56,730 bases of DNA from a virus: the IMG/VR virus record IMGVR_UViG_3300002062_000002, one strand, 5' to 3'. Both the position numbers and the translations under genes were made by a program. Positions 39,539-49,112 of the stretch are shown here, piece by piece (within the stretch, counting starts at the first letter, position 1; the number at the start of each line of letters is the position of its first letter). The notes under the pieces were generated by a model. It had not been told where the DNA came from. It did no database searches and saw only the letters and a program-made list of their open reading frames with translations.

Positions 39539-40156
39539 CTAGATACCCCCTGACATAAATTTATCCAATGTTTTATAAACCAAGTCCGGGATGTCCTCTA
39601 ACGCCCCAGTATTTTCAATCATGCAAACTTTTTCACTGGCATCTGCGACTTGGCGATACAGTCGGTCTACCTCTTGTTGTTTTTCCAGTCCCTGCAATTC
39701 GATTGCATCAAGTTCTTCTTGTCGTTGATGCCGCCGAGCGGCCAACGTATCTAATGGCGCAGTAACTAAAATGGTTAAATCTGGCTCGGGTAGATGGTTA
39801 TGTACCGCGGTAAAAATTCGTTGAGTGATTTCATTTTTATGGCCTTGGTATACCCATGTAGATAAGGGTCCCCGATCACTAACAATTACATGTCCCTTTT
39901 CTAGTGCTGGAACAATAACCGTTCTAGCCAACACACATCGACTGGTACACATTAGCAGTAGTGTTTCAACATCATCAAATTTCCCCAAATCATTTACTCG
40001 TAACACTAACTCACGCACATCTTCGCCGAGCGGTGTACCTCCAGGTTCCCGTACATATATCGCTTTCTTATTTAAAATGTCTTTTACGTAGGTCAAAGTG
40101 GCTTGTGTAAATGCACTCTTACCCGCCCCATCGCACCCTTCAATTGCAATATACAC
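39539..40156 (-). CDS. tmk: Thymidylate kinase
   Basis: IAIEGCDGAGKS, REPGGTPLGE, SDRG, YQG, PDLTIL. Confidence 0.95.
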   Translation of the reverse strand: MYIAIEGCDGAGKSAFTQATLTYVKDILNKKAIYVREPGGTPLGEDVRELVLRVNDLGKFDDVETLLLMCTSRCVLARTVIVPALEKGHVIVSDRGPLSTWVYQGHKNEITQRIFTAVHNHLPEPDLTILVTAPLDTLAARRHQRQEELDAIELQGLEKQQEVDRLYRQVADASEKVCMIENTGALEDIPDLVYKTLDKFMSGGI

Positions 40157-40230
40157 GTCAATATCCTCTTATATAATTGTTCATATATTAACCAACATGC
40201 GTAAAAAAAGAGAGGGTTTCCCCTCTCCCT

Positions 40231-40812
40231 TTAATTAAAACGCCACTCTAAAAACATTTGTCGTATTTTCCAGTAGCCTACTGCAATTGAATCTGAACTA
40301 TGTTCCGATAGCGAAGATAACAATGACCGGGTTTCCTCTGAGTACACAATTTCGGGCAATGCGTGTATTGCTTTATACACTGCATCTTTACTACTGTCCC
40401 CCTTTGCACCCACTGCCTTTTTTACAGTGGGTGGATCAATGCCGTCTAACTCTACCAGGGGACTGTAACTTACACAGGCTCCCCTGATGGCTTCCACGGA
40501 TTGAATAAGGGCTTCATAGGGTTGCGGGAAACGTCTAAAGAACGGCGTCTCATAGACAACTGTGAGGGGCTGCCATTTACGAAACAAAGACTCTAAGTTA
40601 GATCGTAGGTAATGTACCTTAGCCATTCTCTCAGAAAACCGCCCCACTCCCACATTTGGTTTTTGTCGAATGCCTTTAACAGAATCAATTGTTTCTGCAT
40701 ATAGAATATAAATCTTCTGATTGATAAGATCTACATCTAAAACAGATACCCCCATCCGGTTAAGTCCTGGATCAATGGCTATTATTCTATATAGTCCTTC
40801 AGTCATCGCCAT
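40231..40812 (-). CDS. ruvC: RuvC-like Holliday junction resolvase
   Basis: IIAIDPG, VVYETPF, PPTVKKAVG, SKD, HSSDSIAVG. Confidence 0.85.
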   Translation of the reverse strand: MAMTEGLYRIIAIDPGLNRMGVSVLDVDLINQKIYILYAETIDSVKGIRQKPNVGVGRFSERMAKVHYLRSNLESLFRKWQPLTVVYETPFFRRFPQPYEALIQSVEAIRGACVSYSPLVELDGIDPPTVKKAVGAKGDSSKDAVYKAIHALPEIVYSEETRSLLSSLSEHSSDSIAVGYWKIRQMFLEWRFN

Positions 40813-40829
40813 TCCTTTTCTAAGGTAGG

Positions 40830-41693
40830 TTAAACCTCTAAACTACTTTCTCTATTACCCTCAACTGAAAGTGGCTCAGAGGCCCCCATATCAATTCGTA
40901 GGGTAAACCCCTGATTATTAAAATGTACTGGCTGCATACATGCTATAAAAATAGACACCTGTACGGCTATTGCTTCTAGTAAATTGTAATTCGCGCCCTG
41001 GTTGTTAGCCGGTGTATTAAAATCTTCACCTGAACAAATAGCTATTTCCGATATGGTAGCGTACGACTCATCGTTAAATCTAATTCTACATACTTCCAAT
41101 AGATATTCGGCGTCTGTGGTGTTAAAGTCTACCGATAGCGTGGAAGTAACCGACAAAGTGTCTCCTGTACCTGCCGTAAACCCCTCGGATGGAATATCCA
41201 CCGGTATAGGACTCAGATCATTTGGAGTGGGGATAAATGGCTCTATGTTAACACTGCCATCGCGCACCGTATTTAGTTCCGATAAAATAGGCTCATTATC
41301 ATCGGTTAGACGTTTTAGATAATAGCAAAAATACTCTACCCCGTTAATTGTTTCGGTTGTACGCAATGCATAATTGGCACGCTCGACTGGAGGTAAATCG
41401 TTATCCAGCTCACGCATTACAAAGGGTAGATGTTGAAACAAAGCAGCATCCCTAGCACGATGAGGACGGCTCTTTACTAATGAGACACCACCTTCTCCTG
41501 TGAAGTTAACATGTCCACCTCTGCCAATTGCAAAGTATTTTACCACCGGACGATTGGTGGATACCTCAGAGGGTAGGACTTGGAACTTTTCATTGAGGCT
41601 GGAGTGTTCACTTACTACGTGGATTTTATCCCGCAGCGCCGCTGTTTGTAATGCATTACCATAGATTGTTCGTTTAGTTGTAATTCCTGACAT
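40830..41693 (-). CDS. Virion structural protein (phiKZ-like tail/baseplate)
   Basis: RTIYG, YFAIGRGGH, LPFVMRELDNDL, YYLKRL, ISEIAICSGED. Confidence 0.65.
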   Translation of the reverse strand: MSGITTKRTIYGNALQTAALRDKIHVVSEHSSLNEKFQVLPSEVSTNRPVVKYFAIGRGGHVNFTGEGGVSLVKSRPHRARDAALFQHLPFVMRELDNDLPPVERANYALRTTETINGVEYFCYYLKRLTDDNEPILSELNTVRDGSVNIEPFIPTPNDLSPIPVDIPSEGFTAGTGDTLSVTSTLSVDFNTTDAEYLLEVCRIRFNDESYATISEIAICSGEDFNTPANNQGANYNLLEAIAVQVSIFIACMQPVHFNNQGFTLRIDMGASEPLSVEGNRESSLEV

Positions 41694-41695
41694 GT

Positions 41696-43765
41696 CTAGT
41701 CCTCTACATGTGTTAAATAAATAGGTGCCGACGATACAGACAAGTTAGTGGTGCTTTTACCTGAAAGTTTAAACGTCATGGCGGTATCTAACGTTACGTG
41801 TAACTTAGGTTTATGTTCGACTGCTAGGCAGTGTAAATTTATTTTATTTGCTGTTGTGGTAGATGCAGATAATTTACCGCCTACCGATACATTATCTAAT
41901 GTTCCAGACGTACTCACCTCACCGAATTGCTTTGCTATGGTATCGCCGGGAGACACGGCAGGCCAATCTACCTTTTTAGCGTCAATTAGATTTGTTGTTC
42001 GGATAAACTGTAGGTCATAACTGGTAAGGCGTTTCATTACATCAATCATAGCCACTTGAAGTTCAAGTAACGACACTCCTGCATATATATTTGATCCGGT
42101 AGCATTCGAAATAATATCTACCGCTAACGTGCGCGCTTCTTCTGCTGTTAGTGAATCTAACTCGTACCCATTATCCCTATTCCAAATAGATAGGTCGATT
42201 TGATTAAATGTCGCCCTGTAATCTAGGAAGATATTCTCTATTACCTTATCCTGCTCGCCCCTCACGTGGTAGTGTTCATACCCAGCCACCTGAGACCTAA
42301 GTGTACGTTTAGCGTCAAATAGTTCAGTACAGATACCGTAAAAATCTTCGGTGTTACTATAGATGCCAATATCGGGCAGCGTGTCTATCATTACCTTAAT
42401 CTGATTGGACGACACCCGTTCACTGTCTATATTTTTACGGATAGCCGATAAAGAAATGCCCTCGGTATCTATTACATGTTCACAAAATACATCCGGCATG
42501 ATATCTAAGGTAATGCCAAAAGATTTATGGACACAGTAAAAGAATGCAATCACGGCATCTTTAGATTGCATCTGCATCTCTACCCCAGTAAACGGATTAC
42601 TTACCGCTATAAACGTCCGGTATCGCCCGGTACTGCTCCATGCAATCCACTGGTTAAGTAAAGTATGCTCTAGTGTATACGGTAACCCTCCACCGGAGTC
42701 GGTGGCCTCTATTTCAAACACCCGACTGGGAACTTCATCCATTACACCGTTTGAAATAGCGTTACGAATACCCTCCTTGTCCATGGTAAAATTATCAATG
42801 TTCCACGCGGCTAAGTCTTCCTCTAACCGCAATACTTCACTAACCGTACGCGGTAGCTCTTCGGTATTTGCATTATTAATGGGGAACCGAATAATGGTTG
42901 GTTCGGGTTTATTCTCCCCCTCTAATATATCCCCCACTAAATGTTCAATGCGATGACCGAATATATTTATGTTGCGCTCAGTTAATACAATATCAACTAA
43001 ATAATCAAAGACCTTTTTCCTACCAATGTTCTTTTCAACATATCGAATGTTACGATAAAACCAATGGGCTTGCTTGTACGTTAAGAATTCCCTAAAATCC
43101 GAAAGTTGAGAATGACTAGCTAGATAACTCCATATGTGATACGTATGTACTTGCGGCGTTCGGCAATTTGATAATCTAATATTCAGTATTTTTTGAGGTA
43201 GGTTTAAATACATGACCCCTAAAAAACTAGGCACAAACAACTCATCCGTAATGGTATAGCCATCTAAAAAATATCTAAATTTATACGCGTTTACCCATTC
43301 TTGTAATAACGGAATAAGGTTTTCTTCTTGGGGTTCAATTAGCGTTCTATCCCATGTCAATATAGTATAGTCGTTGGCATTAACGGCTTTCGCAATATCG
43401 ACCGGATTAATTATACCTATAATTAACATCTCATGTTGAGGGTAGCGTGCCAGTAATCGTTTAAAGTAATCTCCCCGTAACGTATATTCCTTTAACGTTG
43501 TTTTATTTTCACGCAGCGTCTGCTTGCTAAAGGCAATCTGTTCCTGGGTATCCAACGAAGTGATGTACATGACATCGTCAGTGGGATGATATTCTCCTGC
43601 GATATTTAAATAGTACTTTTGAAGTAGTGGATCTCCCTCTACCGGGTAACCCTCTTCGTATAATTGTAAGTTTATCGCCTCGGCGGTATGTTCGGATTTA
43701 ATCACCATAGTGCGACAAAGTTCAATTGTCTCGTCTCTATAAATAGAAAAGTAATTATTAATCAC
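41696..43765 (-). CDS. Virion structural protein (phiKZ-like, divergent from the portal gene)
   Basis: GGAGG RBS before GTG 43765; KYYLNIAGEYH, SLDT, YLASH, YRNIRY. Confidence 0.65.
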   Translation of the reverse strand: MINNYFSIYRDETIELCRTMVIKSEHTAEAINLQLYEEGYPVEGDPLLQKYYLNIAGEYHPTDDVMYITSLDTQEQIAFSKQTLRENKTTLKEYTLRGDYFKRLLARYPQHEMLIIGIINPVDIAKAVNANDYTILTWDRTLIEPQEENLIPLLQEWVNAYKFRYFLDGYTITDELFVPSFLGVMYLNLPQKILNIRLSNCRTPQVHTYHIWSYLASHSQLSDFREFLTYKQAHWFYRNIRYVEKNIGRKKVFDYLVDIVLTERNINIFGHRIEHLVGDILEGENKPEPTIIRFPINNANTEELPRTVSEVLRLEEDLAAWNIDNFTMDKEGIRNAISNGVMDEVPSRVFEIEATDSGGGLPYTLEHTLLNQWIAWSSTGRYRTFIAVSNPFTGVEMQMQSKDAVIAFFYCVHKSFGITLDIMPDVFCEHVIDTEGISLSAIRKNIDSERVSSNQIKVMIDTLPDIGIYSNTEDFYGICTELFDAKRTLRSQVAGYEHYHVRGEQDKVIENIFLDYRATFNQIDLSIWNRDNGYELDSLTAEEARTLAVDIISNATGSNIYAGVSLLELQVAMIDVMKRLTSYDLQFIRTTNLIDAKKVDWPAVSPGDTIAKQFGEVSTSGTLDNVSVGGKLSASTTTANKINLHCLAVEHKPKLHVTLDTAMTFKLSGKSTTNLSVSSAPIYLTHVED

Positions 43766-43801
43766 AATTCCTCCAGCCAAATTAAAGTATAGGAGCACTC
43801 A

Positions 43802-46291
43802 ATGCCCAGTAGTTATAATGGTATCAAACGATATGACCCCAAACGACAACGTTTTAAGGTTACCGAGTTACATAAAAAGATGGTAGCGGCTAAACCATCC
43901 GATGAACATCGCCTAACACCATCAAATAGAGTGCCCGGTAGCAGTACTATTAAAAATGTAATTGACAGTACATCAACCAGCATAATCGACGCAAAGTCGG
44001 TATTTGAAGTACTCCCAGATACGAAGTTAGCCATGGACATATTGACATCATCTATCATGTCCCCTAACGATCTAGTGTCAACTGACTTAGTGTTCAAATT
44101 AAAAGATAACGTTGCCGATGATAAAGAGCATTTCGGCAAGATGATGGATGTAATTAGAAAGTATTTTACTACAGAATTAAACCTATCTAAACTATGTATC
44201 CCCGCATTAGAAGACGCACTTTTCAAAACTGGATCTTATCCCGTTGTCTGTGTGCCTAAATCATCCATTGACAATATCATAAATGGAGGCACTATATCAC
44301 TGGAGTCGCTATCTGAATCCTTCGACGATAATATGGAAATCTATAACCTGGGTATACTAGCCAACGTAGAAAGCGATAAAGTTAACCGTACAAAAGTGTC
44401 ATTGGAAAATTTGACCATGGTACACGACGCGCGTACAAAGGCGTTTGACTTACCCGCTGTGGGTGTTACTGTAACTGATAACCCCACCATATTGAAAAAG
44501 CCTAGTCTACTACGTCGGGTGGCCCATGAAAAAGCACGGGGTATTTTAGATTCTAATCTAACGGGGCCGGTGGTATCGATAGAGGGGATGGATGAGGATA
44601 ACGTACCCAAAATACCATTATACGCTAAACGTAAATTTAAAAACTCACCGTTAATAGATCTACTTACCCCAAACGCGCTGGGTGACGACGAGCCTATTTT
44701 GTACCACCCACCATCAGAATCGGTAATACCCGTATCGGTGCCGGGTGACGTGACTAACAAAGTTGGGTACTTTATTGCATTGGATGGAGAAGGTAACCCG
44801 GTCAGTACCTCATCCAGTCGTCGACACTGGGATAGACTAAAGAATTACAGTAAATCTACGTCATCTTCAGAAGAAACATCTATGCGTACCCTAGCCGAGC
44901 GTGTGATGGGCACTCGCCCTGAAAACAGAGACTTGTCTACGTTAAAGGAATTACGTGAAAGTTACACTGCCACCATTGAGCGCTCGTTGTCGCGTTCTGT
45001 TGCTGAAGGGGTACATGGCACCGACGTAAATGTAGAGTTATCCGAAGAAGCTACCATGCTGATGTTATCTAGATCCTTTGGTCGAATGAAAACCCAGTTG
45101 TTATATGTCCCTGCGGAATTAATGACTTACATTGCATTCGATTACAATGATTTGGGAGTAGGTCGTTCTTTATTGGAATCCAGTAAAATATTGTCTTCCA
45201 TGCGCGCAATGCTACTGTTGTCCAATACTAAGGCCGCTGTAAAGAACTCTACCCCTGGCGTTATTTTAAACATAGAATTGGACCCTGCAGATAAAGACCC
45301 GGACGCCACCATTGAAAAGGTGATCACACTACGTGATCAAGCTCAACGAGGACAAATGCCGTTAGGGGATTTAGACCTTACCAATATGGCGGAATCACTA
45401 TCCAAATCAAACGTTCAGGTTAGTGTATCCAATCACCCAATGTACCCACAGACCAAAGTAAGTACGGAAGATACAAGTCGTTCTATTGCAGAGGTTGACA
45501 CGGAGCTAGAGGAGGGACTACGTAAAAAACATTTGCAATCATGGGGCATTACGCCGGAGATGGTTGATGCGAGTGTCGATACGGACTTTGCAGCAAACAT
45601 AATTCTATCTAATAAACTACTCGTAAAACGCATTGGGTTTTATCAGGCGGACTTTATGGCCCATCTAACTAAGATGGTGGTTATGTTCTCTAAGTTCTCC
45701 CCGAGTGTTACAACACTGTTAATTGAGGAGTTAAAGAATGGTAAAGTTGCAGAAGTGGATATGGAAAATGAACTTGATACGTTTTTTAGTGGACTTCAAG
45801 TGGGCCTTCCCTCACCGAACAATGCCAAGTTGGAAAGTCAGGTAGCCGACCTAGAGTTGTATACCCAGGCACTGGATCTTGCGCTGGATTCGTTTATATC
45901 CGAAGAGTTTATTGATGGATTTATTGATTCTGAAATAGCAAATGGCGTGGAGGGTGCACGTGCAGGAATCCGCTCGTATTATCTACGAAACTTTATGCGT
46001 TCCAATAACATATTAACGGAATTGGATTATGGGGTATCTGACGATGGGGCTAAACGCATACTCGAAGAGCACGGCGACTTCATTGAAGGTGTTATTGGTA
46101 ACATGTCTAAATTTATTAGAGGTGTTAATAAGAAAGGCCGTACTCACGATAAAAAGGTAGAGGAGGACGCACTACGTGAAGAAGAGGAGGAAACTTCTAC
46201 CGTTGACGAGACAACACCTCCAGTGGAAGATGAAACAAACGATACGGACAATGTCGATGAGGGAGATCCCGACCTCCCGGATTTAACTTAA
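43802..46291 (+). CDS. Portal protein (phiKZ gp129-like)
   Basis: 829 aa; LPDTKLAMDILTSSIMSP, PSESVIPV..PG, YIAFDY...GVGRSLL, ELDPADKDP; several S-x-E protease-type sites. Confidence 0.82.
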   Translation: MPSSYNGIKRYDPKRQRFKVTELHKKMVAAKPSDEHRLTPSNRVPGSSTIKNVIDSTSTSIIDAKSVFEVLPDTKLAMDILTSSIMSPNDLVSTDLVFKLKDNVADDKEHFGKMMDVIRKYFTTELNLSKLCIPALEDALFKTGSYPVVCVPKSSIDNIINGGTISLESLSESFDDNMEIYNLGILANVESDKVNRTKVSLENLTMVHDARTKAFDLPAVGVTVTDNPTILKKPSLLRRVAHEKARGILDSNLTGPVVSIEGMDEDNVPKIPLYAKRKFKNSPLIDLLTPNALGDDEPILYHPPSESVIPVSVPGDVTNKVGYFIALDGEGNPVSTSSSRRHWDRLKNYSKSTSSSEETSMRTLAERVMGTRPENRDLSTLKELRESYTATIERSLSRSVAEGVHGTDVNVELSEEATMLMLSRSFGRMKTQLLYVPAELMTYIAFDYNDLGVGRSLLESSKILSSMRAMLLLSNTKAAVKNSTPGVILNIELDPADKDPDATIEKVITLRDQAQRGQMPLGDLDLTNMAESLSKSNVQVSVSNHPMYPQTKVSTEDTSRSIAEVDTELEEGLRKKHLQSWGITPEMVDASVDTDFAANIILSNKLLVKRIGFYQADFMAHLTKMVVMFSKFSPSVTTLLIEELKNGKVAEVDMENELDTFFSGLQVGLPSPNNAKLESQVADLELYTQALDLALDSFISEEFIDGFIDSEIANGVEGARAGIRSYYLRNFMRSNNILTELDYGVSDDGAKRILEEHGDFIEGVIGNMSKFIRGVNKKGRTHDKKVEEDALREEEEETSTVDETTPPVEDETNDTDNVDEGDPDLPDLT

Positions 46292-46442
46292 GCAAAAAAA
46301 AAATTATTTTAACAAGCGCAGCTTTAATGCCCGGCCATTGATTGCCTATACGCACATTATCCACCTCAGCATCCTGTTGGTTGGGTAATGTTGCATCGGC
46401 TTCTATTTCCCGGAGTGCGGCCAGCACACCTTTTTTATCCAT
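46197..46442 (-). CDS. Small hypothetical protein (3' end uncertain)
   Basis: AAGGA RBS; reads through an A10 run into the end of the portal gene. Confidence 0.45.
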   Translation of the reverse strand: MDKKGVLAALREIEADATLPNQQDAEVDNVRIGNQWPGIKAALVKIIFFLLKLNPGGRDLPHRHCPYRLFHLPLEVLSRQR

Positions 46443-46559
46443 AAGTGATCCTTTTATAAATTATTAAAAAAGTTATATATACCTACACAAGGTTGTTCAG
46501 TATACATATAGCCAATCTAAGTAAAAAAAATAGCAGGGACAGTCCCTGCTTGAGTGTTG

Positions 46560-46784
46560 CTATTTCTTACTAAAGGGGTTAAACCCAATAAAGAAAAAAC
46601 GAAAGAACACCAGAATCCAAATTGTTAGAGTTCCTGTATACAAAGCATACTCGCTAAACGTATACATATCCAAAATAATATGTTGATATGTAAATGCAAA
46701 CGGGCCAGCTACAGATACAACGGCCATAAATAACATAATGATCTTGAAGGGGAGTTGTAGTCGAGAAAAATTAGTTATGCGCAT
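46560..46784 (-). CDS. Small two-transmembrane protein
   Basis: 74 aa with two hydrophobic helices; AAGGA RBS. Confidence 0.6.
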   Translation of the reverse strand: MRITNFSRLQLPFKIIMLFMAVVSVAGPFAFTYQHIILDMYTFSEYALYTGTLTIWILVFFRFFFIGFNPFSKK

Positions 46785-46842
46785 GATTATCCTTAATATA
46801 TTATTGTATTAAAAAAGTATGCGGGTTTCCCCGCATAGAATG

Positions 46843-49032
46843 TTACAATATGGCAAACACAAACGTCTTTGGAACACTAGCATGTGGTTGAATGGCTATC
46901 TCAACACCATCTTCAAACTTAAAGGTAGTTGTCAATAAATCATCTTTGTCAATGAGTGACGTTAGACGAGTAAATAATTCATAAACGCCGGGTGCCGAAA
47001 AAGCACTGACGGTTAAAAAAGTATTTTGACACTCACTGGTTAGCTTAAGGTCTTCAAATACGGCGGGGATAATAACACACCCCTGTGGAAAGTTAAGTGT
47101 TATTAACTCCAATGTGGTGTTTTCAATTACCACATTGAAGTCTTTCGTGGGAACGGTTGACTCAATTGCGTAACGTACCACCGTATCATCTTCATTGGTT
47201 TTCTCTGTTAATTTTAGTACACTAGCCTGATCCAGGTTATAAAGATCGCAATCAACCGCCCACCTGCAGATTTTTCTAATGACACTTTCGTTATCTTTGA
47301 AAATTAGGTCGGCGTTATCCATTAACATAACATAGTCAGATATATAATCTTCCCCGTCTGTATTTAATCCCGCAAATAACCGTGACGTTTGTAATATAAA
47401 TCGTTTTATTACAGAAGACATTCGTACCGGCAGCGCTTGCAATTCCGATTCAAGTTCACTCAATATAAATGAGGGAGAGCCAAAGCTTTCATTTAACTCT
47501 CCAAACCGATCAATCAACTTAGATAACGTATCTTTAACATTACTATCCGATTTAACAATATAAGGTACCGTATGTAAGACGGGGCAATGGACCACGGTAG
47601 GTGCATCTAACATTCCTTGGCGGGCAATGGTCATACCGTATTCAAAATCGGGTGATACGGTAGAAATGCGAGGACTTTTCTCGTCACTTTCGGGCCATTG
47701 CGTTTTTGCGCTAAGTGGATAGTATTGTTTATCTTCCGTCATGCTAGGGTCATCAACACGCGCAGTTGCAAGGGAAGTGGGAGTGGTAAGTTGCCCGTTT
47801 AAGATATGATCGGTGTATTCCATATTTATATCCGTGGGATCTGTAATGTGTTGATAGATAGTTTTACCTACAATACGATTATTTTCGTAGTCGGCCATAA
47901 TAACATCGGCGCGTGTAAACTCGCATGCACTGTATGCTAAGCTAGGTAATTCCGTGTCCCCTACCGACGCGACCGGTGTAAACCCAATGGGATTATGGGT
48001 AGTGGGTATGGCAATACTCCCACCTTCTTCATTTTGAATAGTTGACCCGGTTGGTAAACGGTCACCGAACGCCGCTTTCGTGGTTGCCTGTAACACAGCG
48101 TCTTCAATGTCACTTACGAGTGGACCTTCGTTACCCTCAGTGGAATCTATTTCAGGAACGATTATTTCTAATCCGGGTGCTTCAAGTATGTCATCTAATT
48201 CATTTGTCATGTCAGAAATCTCTTCAATTGCATTGTAGTTTACCGTGTTTGAAACGGGCGTGTGTTGTGTATGCTGTGATGTGGGTAATAGGTCACCAAA
48301 AGCCGACGTGGGTAGATCTTCACCGACTTCGTCGTTTCCAGATACGACATAGCTGCGCCCCCCGCCATAAGTGGTGGCGTTACTATTGTTTACTGGATTT
48401 TCTTTGGCATCTTCACCAAAGAAACCCGTGTTACCGGTATATGTACGTTGAGTTACCAATGATCCCCCGGGGGCATGTCCCTGTGAAGGAAACATATTAA
48501 ACCCACCCGATTGACCGGTTGCAGCGGCCCAACCCGGACTTTGTGCCGGGGGTTGTTGTGGTGCATTAAACCCACCTCCTTGTGAGTACGTAGCGGTTCG
48601 ATAGTTGTGTATCATCTGACCCAGTTGTTGATAATTACCCCGGTATGTATTTATAGCGTTTTGTATTTCAATTGGAGCATGTTGGCGAGTAGACGCAATA
48701 AATTCCTCCATCACCACACCCGCTTGATTAAATACTACGGTTGCTACAACCGACTCTTGATTTTGTCGTTGCGTGGCATTAACTGCATCCGTTGCCTTTG
48801 CCACTAACGACTCATATTTGGCATTCATGAAATAGTTTTCAGACATAACATTTATTAACGGCACTATTAATGGTTCATTAATGTAGGTGGCCATTGTTTG
48901 TTGTATACTAGACCATAAATACGTAAACAGTTCAGGGTCATGCACTGGAACGGAAGGGGCAATTCCCGGTGTGCGGGTCCACTGCTGCTGTAGAATGGCT
49001 GGGTTAGGTGGATTAAAAATATCGGTATTCAT
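46843..49032 (-). CDS. Hypothetical early protein with a central low-complexity, probably disordered region
   Basis: 729 aa; Q/G/P/T-rich middle; early promoter motif upstream. Confidence 0.7.
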   Translation of the reverse strand: MNTDIFNPPNPAILQQQWTRTPGIAPSVPVHDPELFTYLWSSIQQTMATYINEPLIVPLINVMSENYFMNAKYESLVAKATDAVNATQRQNQESVVATVVFNQAGVVMEEFIASTRQHAPIEIQNAINTYRGNYQQLGQMIHNYRTATYSQGGGFNAPQQPPAQSPGWAAATGQSGGFNMFPSQGHAPGGSLVTQRTYTGNTGFFGEDAKENPVNNSNATTYGGGRSYVVSGNDEVGEDLPTSAFGDLLPTSQHTQHTPVSNTVNYNAIEEISDMTNELDDILEAPGLEIIVPEIDSTEGNEGPLVSDIEDAVLQATTKAAFGDRLPTGSTIQNEEGGSIAIPTTHNPIGFTPVASVGDTELPSLAYSACEFTRADVIMADYENNRIVGKTIYQHITDPTDINMEYTDHILNGQLTTPTSLATARVDDPSMTEDKQYYPLSAKTQWPESDEKSPRISTVSPDFEYGMTIARQGMLDAPTVVHCPVLHTVPYIVKSDSNVKDTLSKLIDRFGELNESFGSPSFILSELESELQALPVRMSSVIKRFILQTSRLFAGLNTDGEDYISDYVMLMDNADLIFKDNESVIRKICRWAVDCDLYNLDQASVLKLTEKTNEDDTVVRYAIESTVPTKDFNVVIENTTLELITLNFPQGCVIIPAVFEDLKLTSECQNTFLTVSAFSAPGVYELFTRLTSLIDKDDLLTTTFKFEDGVEIAIQPHASVPKTFVFAIL

Positions 49033-49081
49033 TGTGACATCCTTTTAGTTTTTGTGGTATATAGATAACGAGTACATGTAA

Positions 49082-49089
49082 GTAATATA
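49082..49089 (-). promoter_or_regulatory. phiKZ-type early promoter motif TATATTAC
   Basis: Minus strand reads CATATATTACTTAC, 50 nt upstream of ATG 49032. Confidence 0.65.
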
Positions 49090-49112
49090 TGTTTGTTATT
49101 GTTTTAATATTA

